From the NCBI GenBank assembly GCA_035290185.1, contig DATDUW010000038.1:233-64232 (forward strand): a stretch of DNA of 64,000 bases, given 5' to 3'. Below are positions 51,726 to 63,015 of the stretch, in pieces (positions within the stretch are counted from its first letter, which is position 1; each line of letters begins with the position of its first letter). This DNA comes from Patescibacteria group bacterium. Its GTDB lineage: Bacteria > Patescibacteriota > Patescibacteriia > UBA9934 > GWF2-40-263. Made by a program: the position numbers and the translations under genes. A model generated the notes under the pieces. That model was not told the DNA's origin. It worked only from the letters and a program-made list of their open reading frames with translations, and made no database searches.

Positions 51726-54266
51726 TTACTCACGAAGGGTTTCAATGCAAAATTCCGTTTTTCCAAACTTAAGGCGCAGGCGACTAGCAGACGAAGTTTC
51801 CAACAGCACTTCCGCCAGCCTTGGTTCAATTTCTGCCTGGATCACGCGCCGGATTTCCCGCGCTCCCAGAGGGCTTTTTTCCGCACGTCGCGCGATTTCA
51901 CTGGAGACGTTTCGACCAACGGAAAGTTCCGCGCGACGGTCCCGCAGGCGGGCGATAAGTTCTTCCAGACGTAGCTCGGCAATGGCACGCAGCGCTGTTT
52001 GATCCAGGGGGTTGAAAACACAAATGCCATCCAGGCGATTGACGAGCTCCGGGCGGAACGTTTCCTCCAGCTCGCGCCTCAGCTGTTCGTCATCTGCCAT
52101 CTGTCGGCTCCCTGCGTCGGAAGTAAATCCAAGGCTTGATCCTCGTAAACGCTCCCACCCTGCATTGGTTGTGAGTACAATGACTGTTTGACAAAAGTTA
52201 ACAGGGCGTCCGCTTGCATCAGAAAGTTCTCCTTCTTCCAGAATTTGGAGGAGGAGACCTTGGACGTCGGGGTGGGCTTTCTCCAGTTCGTCAAAGACAA
52301 GAATACAGGAGGGCCGTTGTCGGACCTGATCGGCCAGGCGCGCGGGTTCGCGGTAACCGATATAACCGGCCGGCGACCCTAAGAGTTTTGAAACAGAGTG
52401 CGGCTCGGCAAATTCCGACATGTCCAGTCGGAGGAGCGCGCGCGGGTCTTCAAAAACAGCTTCGGCCATGGCGCGGGCGAGTTCGGTTTTTCCAACGCCG
52501 GACGGCCCCACGAAGAGGAAAGAGGCGAGCGGGCGTCCCGGGTGGGAGATCCCTGTTAAGGATCGACGTATGGCGTCAGCAACGGTCTTTACGGCGTGGG
52601 ATTGACCCTTGATTTTTAATGTTAAACGTTTTTCCAAAGAATGCAGGAAGGCGTGTTCACCGCGCGCTGCTGCCTCGCCAACGGGAAGACGGGCCGTGCG
52701 TGCGACAACGTCGAGGACATCGCTTTCGGAAAGAATGGAACAGGGCACATCTTGAGGCGGCGGAAGAAGGGTCGCTAAAGTTTCTTGCAGCTGTCGCTCT
52801 TCTTCTTTGAGGGCAAGGGCCTCCTGATACCGTTCTTCGGAAACCATGCGTTGTTTGGTTTCATGGAGAGTGCGTAACTGGTCTTCGATCAGACGGAGGC
52901 GGTCGGCCTGCGAAGGGTGTGGGGCGCGTACACGGACAGCAGCCGCGGTTTCGTCCAGGAGGTCAATGGCCTTGTCCGGGAGTCGACGGTCTGGAAAATA
53001 ACGAACGGAAAGGCGGACGATGGTTTCCAGCACCTCATCCGAGACGCGAACGTGGTGAAATTGTTCATAGCCTTCCCGAACACCCTTCAAGATGGCCAGC
53101 GTTTCTTCACGTGTCGGCTCTTCTACCCAAACCGGCTGGAATCGTCGTTCCAAAGCCGCATCCGCTTCCAGATGTTTTTTATATTCAGCCGGCGTGGTGG
53201 CTCCAATACAGCGCAGTTCTCCCCGCGCGAGGGCCGGCTTGAGCAGGTTAGCTGCATCCATGGAACCAGAGGCAGAGCCTGCTCCAACAAGCAGGTGGGC
53301 TTCATCGATAAAAAGGATAACGTCATCACGCCGTTTTGTTTCTTCCACCAGTTGGCGCAAGCGCGCCTCGAATTCACCGCGATACATGGTACCGGCTACA
53401 AGCAGGGCAAGATCGATGGCAACGATACGTTTGCCGCGCAGGGGGATGGGAACGTCTCCATGAGCCAGGCGACGGGCTAGCCCTTCGACGATCGCTGTTT
53501 TGCCCACGCCAGGTTCTCCAAGCAAGAGCGGATTATTTTTTGTGCGTCTGGAAAGGATTTCAATGACACGCCGGACTTCACGATCCCGACCTACAAGAGG
53601 ATCCGAATGTTTTGCATTCCTTTCTGCGGCCGTGAGGTCGCGGCCGAAATAGTCCAAGGCTGGTGTCCCTTCCTGTTCTGGGTGGTCTGGACGCGGTTCC
53701 TCATTGAGAGAAAGGAGAAGAGGGGTGTTTCCTTCCGCGCGGTCACGGCCGAGGAGACCCTTTGTCGGTTCGGTTCGTACGCTCGCGGCCAAATCCGGGA
53801 ACCGAGACGTACTTTTCAGAACAGCAAGGACATGCTGGTGGAGGATGGGGAGCGGAATTTTTTGGGAGGCGAAAATTTCACGCAGATCTTCTCCATTGAT
53901 TTGAAGTAGGCCCGCCAGTAAGTGTTCGGTTCCAACATACGGGTGACGATACGTGCTGGCCGCCAGGACGGCTTTTTCCATCGCACGTCTTGCCTCCGTG
54001 GTAAAAGGAGGGATGGTTCCTTTTTTTTCGGTTGAGGCAGAGAAGGTCTCTTTGGAGGCTTTTTCAAATTGAAGGGCAAGTTTTTTGGCGTCTAAACGCA
54101 CGTGCTGGAGAATTTCTGCCCCAATGGACCCTTTTTCCATCCCGAGCGCCCAAAGCAAGTGAGCTGGCCGGATGGCTGGCTGTCCGGATTCTACAACAAG
54201 ACACAGCGCTCGTGTGAGGGCATTTTTTAGATGGGTTGTAAATTTGTCGACAATAGGAAGATCCAT
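51726..54266 (-). CDS. clpC: Clp/Hsp100 AAA+ chaperone, ClpC-type
   Basis: The Clp_N repeats come first. The two AAA modules carry [15 protein letters not shown] and [15 protein letters not shown]. The linker between the AAA modules is short and UVR-like. The start is taken at MDLPIV (54266); the ORF extends to 54320. Confidence 0.9.
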   Translation of the reverse strand: MDLPIVDKFTTHLKNALTRALCLVVESGQPAIRPAHLLWALGMEKGSIGAEILQHVRLDAKKLALQFEKASKETFSASTEKKGTIPPFTTEARRAMEKAVLAASTYRHPYVGTEHLLAGLLQINGEDLREIFASQKIPLPILHQHVLAVLKSTSRFPDLAASVRTEPTKGLLGRDRAEGNTPLLLSLNEEPRPDHPEQEGTPALDYFGRDLTAAERNAKHSDPLVGRDREVRRVIEILSRRTKNNPLLLGEPGVGKTAIVEGLARRLAHGDVPIPLRGKRIVAIDLALLVAGTMYRGEFEARLRQLVEETKRRDDVILFIDEAHLLVGAGSASGSMDAANLLKPALARGELRCIGATTPAEYKKHLEADAALERRFQPVWVEEPTREETLAILKGVREGYEQFHHVRVSDEVLETIVRLSVRYFPDRRLPDKAIDLLDETAAAVRVRAPHPSQADRLRLIEDQLRTLHETKQRMVSEERYQEALALKEEERQLQETLATLLPPPQDVPCSILSESDVLDVVARTARLPVGEAAARGEHAFLHSLEKRLTLKIKGQSHAVKTVADAIRRSLTGISHPGRPLASFLFVGPSGVGKTELARAMAEAVFEDPRALLRLDMSEFAEPHSVSKLLGSPAGYIGYREPARLADQVRQRPSCILVFDELEKAHPDVQGLLLQILEEGELSDASGRPVNFCQTVIVLTTNAGWERLRGSSLGFTSDAGSRQMADDEQLRRELEETFRPELVNRLDGICVFNPLDQTALRAIAELRLEELIARLRDRRAELSVGRNVSSEIARRAEKSPLGAREIRRVIQAEIEPRLAEVLLETSSASRLRLKFGKTEFCIETLRE

Positions 54267-54279
54267 AGTTTTGTCTGGC

Positions 54280-55182
54280 TTATTTCCCCATCTTTCGCAG
54301 TTTGGCAATGCGGTCTTCAATGGGAGGATGGGTGCTGAACCACTGTTCGAATTTTTTGGTTACATGCGGATCAAAGGGGTTGGCAAGAAAGAGGTGGGAT
54401 GTCGCGTGGTTGGCGCGCGCAAGCGGTCGGTCGTAGGCAGCGATTTTTTCCAGGGCGCGCGCCAGGCCTTCGGGGTAGCGCGTGAGCAGTGCACCCGACG
54501 CGTCTGCAAGATATTCGCGTCTTCGGCTGATAGCAAGTTTAATGAGCTCGGCAAGCAGGGGAGAAAGGATGCCGGAGGCAAGGCCCACGATGAGCAGCAC
54601 AAGGCCCAGCTGGCCGGATTCCCGATCGCTTCGGCGTCCACCAAAAAGAGAGGTCCGCAGCATCCAATCGGAAAGCAGCAGGACAGAACCGACCAGGACT
54701 ACCACGATCGTCATCATGCGGATGTCATAGTTTTTCACGTGGGAGAGCTCGTGGGCCAAGACCCCTTCTAACTCCGTTTGATCCATCATTTGTAGGAGGC
54801 CGGTTGTGACGGCCACGGAAGCATGCTGGGGATCGCGGCCCGTGGCAAAGGCATTGGGAGACGGATCGGAAATGAGATAGATGCGTGGCGTCGGAAGCCC
54901 TCCGGCAATGGTCAGGTTTTCAACGGTTGCATACAACGCTGGAGCGTCACGCCGTTCGACAGGTTTGGCTCCGGACGTTGCCAGGGCTACGGCATCGCCT
55001 TTATAGTATCCCAGGATCGTGACGAAAAAAGAGACGACTGCAGCCGCAAGAATCCCCGTGGAGGGGGATCCGAAACTTAGTCCAAACGCCCAGCCGAGGA
55101 AGAGTAAAATGACGACAACCAAGGCAATGAGAAAAGAGGTCTTTCGTTTATTCGAAGTGATTTCAGAGTACATGCGAAACAC
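54280..55182 (-). CDS. htpX: M48 family zinc metalloprotease HtpX
   Basis: HELSHVKNYD (HExxH), four TM segments, and the typical lemA-htpX pairing. Confidence 0.9.
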   Translation of the reverse strand: MFRMYSEITSNKRKTSFLIALVVVILLFLGWAFGLSFGSPSTGILAAAVVSFFVTILGYYKGDAVALATSGAKPVERRDAPALYATVENLTIAGGLPTPRIYLISDPSPNAFATGRDPQHASVAVTTGLLQMMDQTELEGVLAHELSHVKNYDIRMMTIVVVLVGSVLLLSDWMLRTSLFGGRRSDRESGQLGLVLLIVGLASGILSPLLAELIKLAISRRREYLADASGALLTRYPEGLARALEKIAAYDRPLARANHATSHLFLANPFDPHVTKKFEQWFSTHPPIEDRIAKLRKMGK

Positions 55183-55746
55183 TTAGGAAAAAGAAACAGC
55201 GGGCGTTTCATACGCGATATCCGGTGCGTCATAGAAATCGCGTTTAGCAAAGCTGAACAGGTTGGCAAGCAGGGAGCTTGGGAATTGCTGCACGGCCGTG
55301 TTGTAATCGCGCACCATGCCGTTGTAGAATCGGCGAGAAGCCTGAATTTTATCTTCCGCATCCCTGAGGTTAGATTGAAGATCCAGGAAGCTTTCGACAG
55401 CGCGTAGCTGCGGATAAGCCTCGGCAACCGCAAACAGGGATTTAAGTGTTTGACTCAGGGCATTTTCGGCTTGGGCGTGCTCCGCGGGTGTTTTGGCAGA
55501 CATGGCCGCAGACCGGGCTTCGGCCACTTGGGAAAAGACGTGTTCCTCGTGTCCGGCATAACCCTTGACCGTGTTCACGAGGTTGGGAATGAGATCATAC
55601 CGCCGTTTGAGCTGGACTTCGATGTCAGACCAGGCTTCTTCCGCACGGTTGCGCAAGGCGATGAAACGGTTGTAGGTCAAGAGGAACCAGACCGCCAGCA
55701 GGACAACGACGCCGAGCAGAATCCAAAGGATCGTGGGCATATCCAT
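55183..55746 (-). CDS. lemA: LemA family protein
   Basis: An N-terminal TM is followed by YNRFIALRNRAEEAWSDIEVQLKRRYDLIPNLV. Confidence 0.9.
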   Translation of the reverse strand: MDMPTILWILLGVVVLLAVWFLLTYNRFIALRNRAEEAWSDIEVQLKRRYDLIPNLVNTVKGYAGHEEHVFSQVAEARSAAMSAKTPAEHAQAENALSQTLKSLFAVAEAYPQLRAVESFLDLQSNLRDAEDKIQASRRFYNGMVRDYNTAVQQFPSSLLANLFSFAKRDFYDAPDIAYETPAVSFS

Positions 55747-55819
55747 AGTAAATAAGGGAATTTACCGTTCTTTTTTCTCCCCTCATTCTAATTTTTTTTC
55801 TTCTCGTCGTCAATTTTTT

Positions 55820-57208
55820 ATGGAGATTTTACGATCGATTTTTCGTGGGTATGACATTCGGGGATTTGCCGATACGGAGTTGACGTTGGATTTTGCCCGT
55901 GGCGTTGGCAGAGCATTCGCGACCTTGCGGTCGCATGAGTGTGCGGGCAAACATCTGACGTTCGTGGTCGGACGCGATATGCGGCCAAGCTCCGAAGCTC
56001 TTCAGGAAGGACTTATAGAAGGATTAATCCAGAGTGGGGTCGACGTCTTGGACGTTGGGCTCATTTCCACGCCAGATTTTTATTTTAGTATCGGGGCGTT
56101 GGGGGCCGATGGAGGCGTTATCGTCACGGCTTCTCATAATCCAGCCGTTTATAATGGTTTCAAATTTACACGGGAAAAAGCCATAGCTGTGGGCGGATCA
56201 TCGGGTCTCCAGACCATCGCGGACCTCATGGAAAAGGAAACATTTGTGAAAGCCACCTCTGAAGGGAAGAGACAACAAAGAGAGGGGATGACCCAGCGTT
56301 CCTTCGAGGCCCAGCGTGCTTTCTACGGTGCCGATTCTGTAAAACCTCTGCGTGTGGTTGCGGATTCAGCCAATGGGATGGGTGCTCTTTATTTGGATGC
56401 CTTTTTTGAGAAGAGTCCCCATGAGGTCATCCGACAGTGTTGGGAGTTGGACGGGACCTTTCCTAACCATGAAGCCGACCCTAAAAAAGAGAAGAATCTT
56501 GAAGACCTGTGTCGGCGCGTTGTGGAGGAAAAGGCGGATCTTGGCATTGCCACGGATGGGGATGGGGATCGGATTTTTCTTGTGGATGAAAAAGGAAAAA
56601 TTATTCCAGGACACATTTTGCGCGGTTTACTCACCCGCGTGATGTTGCGCCAACATCCGGGAGCGACGATCTGTTATGAGGTACGTCCCGGAAGGATTGT
56701 GGAAGACATCATTCGGGAAATGGGGGGGGTGCCCACGGTCAGTATGGCTGGCTATGCCGCTCTCAAAGAGCATATGCAGCGAACCGGAGCCATTTTTGGG
56801 GGAGAACTTTCCGGACATTTTCACTATGCCTTTCCTCATGGCATCTATGAGGGGCCCATCGTGACGCTGGTTTACGTTCTTCAGGAGCTTACTCGTGCAG
56901 GCGTCCCTCTTTCTGCATTGGTTCGTCCTTATGAAAAGTACGTCCACTCTGGCGAAATCAATTTCTGTATCACGGATAAGGACGCAGCTATGGAACGTGT
57001 GAAAAATCGTTTTGCAGACGGAGCGTTGAATCTGCTGGACGGCGTGTCGATTACCTACCCAGATTTTTGGTTTAATGTTCGTGCTTCAAACACGGAACCA
57101 GTCCTTCGGCTCAACCTGGAAGCCGTGGATCGACGAACAATGGAGGAACGACGGGATGAACTTTCCGTGGTTATTACGGGCGGTCTTTCCGCATCGGTTG
57201 CGTCCTGA
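55820..57208 (+). CDS. phosphoglucomutase/phosphomannomutase family protein
   Basis: The start is MEILRSIFRGYDIRG at 55820. The active-site loop is TASHNPAVYNGFKF, and DGDGDR binds the metal. Confidence 0.85.
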   Translation: MEILRSIFRGYDIRGFADTELTLDFARGVGRAFATLRSHECAGKHLTFVVGRDMRPSSEALQEGLIEGLIQSGVDVLDVGLISTPDFYFSIGALGADGGVIVTASHNPAVYNGFKFTREKAIAVGGSSGLQTIADLMEKETFVKATSEGKRQQREGMTQRSFEAQRAFYGADSVKPLRVVADSANGMGALYLDAFFEKSPHEVIRQCWELDGTFPNHEADPKKEKNLEDLCRRVVEEKADLGIATDGDGDRIFLVDEKGKIIPGHILRGLLTRVMLRQHPGATICYEVRPGRIVEDIIREMGGVPTVSMAGYAALKEHMQRTGAIFGGELSGHFHYAFPHGIYEGPIVTLVYVLQELTRAGVPLSALVRPYEKYVHSGEINFCITDKDAAMERVKNRFADGALNLLDGVSITYPDFWFNVRASNTEPVLRLNLEAVDRRTMEERRDELSVVITGGLSASVAS

Positions 57209-57234
57209 GGCGGCATTGCCTAGAATAGCCGGGT

Positions 57235-58350
57235 ATGGTGACTCTGCTTCTTTTTCTCGCTGTTCTTTCCTTGCTTGTTTTTGCTCATGAATTGGGACAT
57301 TTTTTTACGGCCCGCCGCTTGGGTATGACCGTGGAAGAGTTTGGATTCGGTTTTCCTCCGCGGCTTTTCGGGTTCAAACGCGGAGAAACGGTCTATTCTG
57401 TCAATGCGATTCCCATGGGAGGGTTCGTAAAAATTAAGGGAGAGACTGGCACGGCTTCCGCGGAACCTGATAGTTTCCAATCCCAATCGGCCTGGAAGCG
57501 TGCCATTGTCCTCGCCGCCGGGGTTTTCATGAATGTTGTCCTCGCCGCCGTCCTTCTTTCCATTGGATTTTTGATTGGTCTTCCCACGGCTGTGGACGGT
57601 CCATTGCCGCCCTCTGCCCATTTTTCCGATCAGGCCATCCAGATTGTTTCGGTTCTGCCAGGCAGTCCGGCTGCCAGTGTTCATCTTCGTCCAGGTGACA
57701 AACTTCTTTCCATTGGTGGCCAGAATTTTGAGACAACGGACGAAGCTCGCGTGTTCATTCAGGATCATTCCCAAGAAACGTTGGATCTTGTTCTCGGTCG
57801 CGGAAAAGGGGAGACATTTTCCGTCTCTGTCCGTCCTGCTTTGCTTTCGGGGACACAAACGGTTGGTCTGGGTGTGGGGCTTGTGAAAACAGCTCTGGTC
57901 TCCTATCCCTTTCCCTTGGCTCTTTGGAAAGGGGGGGTGGCGACCGTGCGATCCGTGGGAGACGTGGTGGTCGGGTTCGGCCAGGTCCTTCGGAATCTCG
58001 TGACACGCGGGGGTCTTTCCAGCGATCTTTCCGGGCCTGTGGGCATTGCGGTTATGACCGGCGAAGCCGCGTCGCTTGGCCTTCGGTATCTGCTCCAATT
58101 TACGGCGCTTCTTTCAATCAATCTGGCCGTGATCAATCTGGTTCCTTTTCCCGCGCTCGATGGGGGGCGTCTTCTCTTCCTAGCATTGGAAAAAGGACGG
58201 CGTCGGCCCGTCAGCCCCAGGCTGGAAGCATGGGTCCATCAGGCCGGGTTTCTCTTTCTTCTGGTCGTCGTTCTCCTTGTCACCTTTCGCGATCTGGCCC
58301 GTTTCGGCGGAACGATCGTCGGGGCTTTGCGAAATTTGGTGGGAGCGTAG
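57235..58350 (+). CDS. rseP: RIP site-2 metalloprotease RseP (M50)
   Basis: HELGHF near the N-terminus, a PDZ region, and NLVPFPALDGG. Confidence 0.85.
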   Translation: MVTLLLFLAVLSLLVFAHELGHFFTARRLGMTVEEFGFGFPPRLFGFKRGETVYSVNAIPMGGFVKIKGETGTASAEPDSFQSQSAWKRAIVLAAGVFMNVVLAAVLLSIGFLIGLPTAVDGPLPPSAHFSDQAIQIVSVLPGSPAASVHLRPGDKLLSIGGQNFETTDEARVFIQDHSQETLDLVLGRGKGETFSVSVRPALLSGTQTVGLGVGLVKTALVSYPFPLALWKGGVATVRSVGDVVVGFGQVLRNLVTRGGLSSDLSGPVGIAVMTGEAASLGLRYLLQFTALLSINLAVINLVPFPALDGGRLLFLALEKGRRRPVSPRLEAWVHQAGFLFLLVVVLLVTFRDLARFGGTIVGALRNLVGA

Positions 58351-58404
58351 ACGAGTTGCGGTGTCGGGACCCCTCCTGCCTTCCTATCATCCTGAACTTA
58401 TTGT

Positions 58405-59451
58405 ATGAAATCCCAATTTGAATCTGTTAAACAAGACTTCCTTTCTCTTCTTTCGACCGTTCAGCAGGCCGAGGATTTGGAGCAGGTTCGAACGGAGTTT
58501 TTAGGACGCAAAGGAAAACTTGCTGAGCTTATGGCAGGCCTTAAGGAATTACCTCCCGAAGAGAAGGCAGAAATTGGCAAGGTGGCAAACGAGGTGAAGC
58601 GTGCCATGGAGGAAGCGTATGAACGGGCGTGTCGAACCCTGGAGGCTTATGTTGTTGCAGAGAAAGAATGGATCGATGTAACAGCACCGGGGCAGTTTCC
58701 TCCTGCTGGTCACCTTCATCCTGTGAGTCAAGCTATTGCAGAAATTACGGACATTTTTGCACGCCTTGGGTTTACCCGCGTTCCGGTTCCCGAAGTGGAT
58801 TGGGATTGGTATGCGTTTGAGGCGCTGAACATGCCGAAAGATCATCCGGCTCGTGATAATTGGGAGACATTTTTTATTGATGCTCCGGAAGGAAAGCGCG
58901 GTAAGCTGGTTGCCGTCCCCCATATTTCTAACCTGCAAGTTCGAGGAATGGAACAATTCGCTCTGCCGTTTCGCATGCTCTACATCGGCAAGGCTTATCG
59001 TCGTCAGAATGATGCCTCCCATCTTCCAATTCATCATCAGTTCGAGGTTCTCATGGTTGACCGGGACGTTACTCTTGCTCATCTGAAGGGCGTTATTGAA
59101 TATTTTGTTCACGAGTATTTTGGACACGATCGGGTTGTCCGTTTTCGGCCGCATCATTTCCGATTTACAGAACCAAGTTTTGAGATAGATATCAGTTGCG
59201 ATATTTGTCAGGGAACGGGAAAAACAGCTAGCGGTCTCTGTCGTCTCTGTAAGGAAGGATGGCTTGAACTTGCGGGGGCGGGCATGACGCATCCCAATGT
59301 TTTGAAAGCGGGAGGTATCGATCCAGAAGCGTACTCCGCTCTCGCCTTTGCTTTTGGTATCGAACGCACCATGATGATGCGGGAAGGGATGAAGGTTCCT
59401 GATATTCGTGTTCTCTATGGAAACGACCTAAACTTCGTGACGCAGTTTTAA
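58405..59451 (+). CDS. pheS: phenylalanine--tRNA ligase alpha subunit
   Basis: Class II motifs are present, including FRPHHFRFTEPSFEIDI and GAGMTHPNVL. Confidence 0.92.
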   Translation: MKSQFESVKQDFLSLLSTVQQAEDLEQVRTEFLGRKGKLAELMAGLKELPPEEKAEIGKVANEVKRAMEEAYERACRTLEAYVVAEKEWIDVTAPGQFPPAGHLHPVSQAIAEITDIFARLGFTRVPVPEVDWDWYAFEALNMPKDHPARDNWETFFIDAPEGKRGKLVAVPHISNLQVRGMEQFALPFRMLYIGKAYRRQNDASHLPIHHQFEVLMVDRDVTLAHLKGVIEYFVHEYFGHDRVVRFRPHHFRFTEPSFEIDISCDICQGTGKTASGLCRLCKEGWLELAGAGMTHPNVLKAGGIDPEAYSALAFAFGIERTMMMREGMKVPDIRVLYGNDLNFVTQF

Positions 59452-59454
59452 GCT

Positions 59455-61863
59455 ATGAATATTCTTATCTCCTCTCATTGGATCAGAGAGTATCTTCAGA
59501 CGGATGTTTCCATTGATGAGTTTGCACGGCTTACGACAAAAATTGGCAACAGCGTCGAGCGCACGCATCGCTTTTCGGAAAGGTTTCAAAACATGGTAGT
59601 TGGTGTTGTACAAAAGATTGAGGCACATCCGCAAGCCGACCGTTTACGAGTGGTCAAAACAGACATCGGGGGTTCGGTTGTTGATATTGTTTGCGGGGGG
59701 ATCAATCTGACCGAGGGACAAAAAGTGGCCGTAGCCCTTCCGGGTGCCTGCGTGCGTTGGCATGGGGAAGGGGAGTTGGTGACTCTTGAAGAGACGACGA
59801 TTCGTGGCGTGAAGAGCTGTGGCATGATTTGTGCGGCAGACGAAATTGGATTTGAACATCTCTCGCAGCCGGCAGGGGCTTCCATTTGGGATATTTCAGG
59901 GCTTACAGACGCTGTTCCTGGTACGTCTTTAACAGAGGCGTTGGATTTAGAGGATGTTATTTTTGATATCGAGGTTACAACCAACCGCCCTGATTGCATG
60001 AGTATTGTTGGGCAGGCCCGTGAGGGTTCCGCAGCGGTTGGAGGAACCTTTGTTTGGAACCCTCCTCTTCTTTCAAAAACAGACGCCGCGCCGGTTTCCG
60101 TGAAAGTTGAAGACCCAAAGTTATGTCCGCGATACCAAGCTATTCGCATTGAGGGAGTAAAAGTTGGTCCTTCTCCCTGGTGGCTTCAGAAACGTCTCCT
60201 TTTGGCTGGATACCGACCTATCAACAACGTGGTCGATGTAACCAATTACGTTTTGCACGAATACGGCCACCCGCTTCATACTTTCGATGCAGATAAACTT
60301 GTGGGCGGGAAAATTTTTGTCCGCCACGCAAAACTCGGAGAGCGACTAATGGCCCTCGATGGCAAGGAATACGTTCTTGATGCCCCTATGCTTGTCATTG
60401 CCGATGAAGCGGGTCCTGCCGCTCTTGCGGGCATTATGGGTGGTGTTCGCACGGGCACGACAGAAGAGACAGTAAATATTATTCTTGAATCTGCTGTATT
60501 TGATGCTGTATCTATTCGCACCACCTCTCGGAATTTGAATCTCGCCTCTGATGCTTCCAAGTTATTTGAAAAGGCACTTTCGACCGAGGCAACGGAATCG
60601 GCTCTTGCTCGGGCCGTCGAACTTGTCTTACAACTTGCCGGCGGTCGTGTGGCCTCTGATGTAGCGGATGTGTGCGCTGCCGCGTATCAACCCCTCCATT
60701 TTTCGTTTGATTCGTCGCGGGTTCAAAAACTCATCGGTGTTGAAATTCCTGAAAAAATCATGACGGATATTTTGGAACGGCTTGGGTTCCGGTTTGTTAA
60801 ATTAGGAGGGGCGTTAGGCGTTTACGAGGTGACTGTTCCTTATTGGCGCGATCACGACATTGAAGCTTCCGTTGATTTCGTGGAGGAAATTGCCCGCGTT
60901 TATGGGTATGATAAATTACCGTCTATCCTTCCGTCTGGACAGCTTCATTTCATCCCGAAAGATCCCGGTCTTATTTGGGAACGTCGGATCAAAGAATGGT
61001 TGCGTGGTGCTGGGTTTACGGAGGCCTATAGTTATTCCTTTGTTTCGAAAAAACAGATGGAAGACTACGGAATGAACGTCTCACAAGTGATTCGTTTGGC
61101 AAATCCCCTCAGCTTGGATCAGGAATACATGCGTCCTTCCTTGATTCCTTCCTTGTTGACCGTTCTCGAATCCAACCAGCGTTCATTTTCGTCCATGCGA
61201 TTATTTGAATTGGCTTCTGTTTACTCCTTTGCTGCAGAGAAGGGAGGGCTTCCTGACCAGCGTCTGCGCTTGCTTTTAGCTGTGAGTCGATCCGATGGGG
61301 GACAGGCTTTTTTGGAGGCTAAGGGAGCGCTTGAACGCCTTTTTGTTGAAACAGGCATTCACAACGGGAGACTTAAAAGAGATACCCAAGATTCTTCACT
61401 CTGGCATCCGGGCAGGGTGGCTTCCATCCTTGTCCAAGATGCTGTAATAGGGACCATTGGTGAGATCTCTCCTGAAAAGGCTAAAAATTTTGGGTTGGAA
61501 GGACGTGTAGTCTTGGTTGATCTGGATTTTGAAAATCTATTACCGTTTTTTTCGACGACAAAAACTTATGAACCCATGCCTGACTATCCAGAGGTGAAGC
61601 GGGATATTGCCTTCGTAGTTGATCGGCTTATTGAATACGAAAAAATTAAAAACGTTTTAACAACATCTAGTGTCTTGTTAAAAAAGATTGACCTCTTCGA
61701 TGTCTACGTTGGTTCTGGCATTCCGGAAGGGAAGAAGTCAATGGCGTTTCATCTTTCGTTCCGCGATCCGACTCGCACGCTTTCTTCTGAGGAAGTGGAT
61801 GTGTGTATGGCAAAGGTGCGAAAAGCGGTCGAGGAGGAATTCGGGGCCGTGATACGGGCATGA
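59455..61863 (+). CDS. pheT: phenylalanine--tRNA ligase beta subunit
   Basis: The tRNA-binding domain (VVGVVQKIEAHPQADRLRVVKTDIGG) and the B3/4, B5 and FDX-ACB regions are present. The gene lies 3 nt after pheS. Confidence 0.92.
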   Translation: MNILISSHWIREYLQTDVSIDEFARLTTKIGNSVERTHRFSERFQNMVVGVVQKIEAHPQADRLRVVKTDIGGSVVDIVCGGINLTEGQKVAVALPGACVRWHGEGELVTLEETTIRGVKSCGMICAADEIGFEHLSQPAGASIWDISGLTDAVPGTSLTEALDLEDVIFDIEVTTNRPDCMSIVGQAREGSAAVGGTFVWNPPLLSKTDAAPVSVKVEDPKLCPRYQAIRIEGVKVGPSPWWLQKRLLLAGYRPINNVVDVTNYVLHEYGHPLHTFDADKLVGGKIFVRHAKLGERLMALDGKEYVLDAPMLVIADEAGPAALAGIMGGVRTGTTEETVNIILESAVFDAVSIRTTSRNLNLASDASKLFEKALSTEATESALARAVELVLQLAGGRVASDVADVCAAAYQPLHFSFDSSRVQKLIGVEIPEKIMTDILERLGFRFVKLGGALGVYEVTVPYWRDHDIEASVDFVEEIARVYGYDKLPSILPSGQLHFIPKDPGLIWERRIKEWLRGAGFTEAYSYSFVSKKQMEDYGMNVSQVIRLANPLSLDQEYMRPSLIPSLLTVLESNQRSFSSMRLFELASVYSFAAEKGGLPDQRLRLLLAVSRSDGGQAFLEAKGALERLFVETGIHNGRLKRDTQDSSLWHPGRVASILVQDAVIGTIGEISPEKAKNFGLEGRVVLVDLDFENLLPFFSTTKTYEPMPDYPEVKRDIAFVVDRLIEYEKIKNVLTTSSVLLKKIDLFDVYVGSGIPEGKKSMAFHLSFRDPTRTLSSEEVDVCMAKVRKAVEEEFGAVIRA

Positions 61864-61946
61864 CAGAAAAAATTGACAGATCAAAAAATCGTCTGTAAAA
61901 CAACGTTGGGTTTTTGGGATAAAATCTTTTCTAGCTGGAGGGAGAA

Positions 61947-62720
61947 ATGATACTTGTAAGGGCAAGACTGTATAAGGGAGTTGGCGTCGGCGACGAACAG
62001 CCTGATGTGGGTCAAGCTGTCGTTGTCGTGGATGGAAAGGGATTGTCCATTTCCTATTTTCAAGGGAGGATTTTTGCTTTCTTGGGGGAGGAGATGATAA
62101 ATGTAGAGATTTGGCGTCGGTGCAGCGCCGAGTCCTTCGGGTTCGTGAACCTTCCGGAATCGGCCGAGCTGACATTGGATGAAAATGCGGTGGCCGTTCC
62201 TTATCGAGGGGAGGAGGGTTTGGCAAGCGCGGTTGTGAAAGGAATGGTTCTCTTGACTCAGAGGAATGCGGCGGCCAAAAAGAAGGGGGGACCCGTCGCG
62301 GTTGGGGTTGGAAAAGAGGTAGAATTTCTTGGCGTGGGGCAGGAGTTTTTGCCAGACGGGGGTCGGACGGGAGATGTCATCGTCCTCGTTCGTTCTTTCT
62401 GTCTTCATTATTATTCCACCACCGTTGGCTTCCTCCACGGAGAGACGGTGTGGAATCTTTCCACAGGGTCGATGAAGATCAAGGCTAGGACATGGTTTTC
62501 TTTGGCGGATGGTATGAGTCTTCTGTTAAAGGAAACCCCCATTTCTTTGGAAGACGTGGGGTTTCTGAAGCACTGGCTCAACACTCCGGCTTCTGTGGTT
62601 GCGATTCCCGACACTCCGGTCGGGCGTGTCCTGGTTGCTCTTCTCCTTCAAGAGAAGGGTTTTACAGAGTGGAAAGTCCAGGACGCGACGCGGAACGCGA
62701 GGAGTTTATGGGGTCGCTAG
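61947..62720 (+). CDS. hypothetical protein (257 aa)
   Basis: GGAGGGAGAA precedes the ATG. G enrichment at codon position 1 is strong (gtt ggc gtc ggc gac gaa...), favouring this strand over the overlapping 185-aa minus ORF. A terminator follows. Confidence 0.5.
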   Translation: MILVRARLYKGVGVGDEQPDVGQAVVVVDGKGLSISYFQGRIFAFLGEEMINVEIWRRCSAESFGFVNLPESAELTLDENAVAVPYRGEEGLASAVVKGMVLLTQRNAAAKKKGGPVAVGVGKEVEFLGVGQEFLPDGGRTGDVIVLVRSFCLHYYSTTVGFLHGETVWNLSTGSMKIKARTWFSLADGMSLLLKETPISLEDVGFLKHWLNTPASVVAIPDTPVGRVLVALLLQEKGFTEWKVQDATRNARSLWGR

Positions 62721-62742
62721 AGAGATCAGAGGAGGAACCTTG

Positions 62743-62779
62743 GCTCGGGAATCGTGATGGTTTCCCGGGCCGTTTTTTG
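62743..62779 (+). terminator. intrinsic terminator
   Basis: GGCTCGGGAA-N10-TTCCCGGGCC-G-TTTTTT. Confidence 0.65.
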
Positions 62780-62948
62780 TTTATCCGTTGGATTTTGTGT
62801 TTGTAGAGCGATTTCGTGGTAGGATTTGAACGAAGAAGTTTTAGTCGGGGACAAGATTCTTTTTCAGGACAATAACGATCCGAATCACGCCGTGTGTGTG
62901 AAGGTGGTTGATATTGAAATTGTTCCGACGTTTGATAATTCCCCCTTT

Positions 62949-63011
62949 CGTCATTGCGAGGAGGGGTCCACCTTTGTAAAAGTTGTCGGTGGACGACAAC
63001 AAAGCAATCTC
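62949..63011. repeat. left flank repeats A and B of the GIY-YIG cassette
   Basis: A is CGTCATTGCGAGG (62949-62961). B is GACGACAACAAAGCAATCTC (62992-63011). Their inverted partners lie at 63315-63360. Confidence 0.7.
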
Positions 63012-63015
63012 TTTT

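Noticed and set aside
61881-62438. A 185-aa minus-strand ORF overlapping 61947..62720.
   Set aside because: The plus-strand frame shows clear G-rich first codon positions, a GGAGGGAG RBS and a downstream terminator. The minus ORF starts on GTG with a poor context. It is probably a shadow ORF, but confidence is only moderate.
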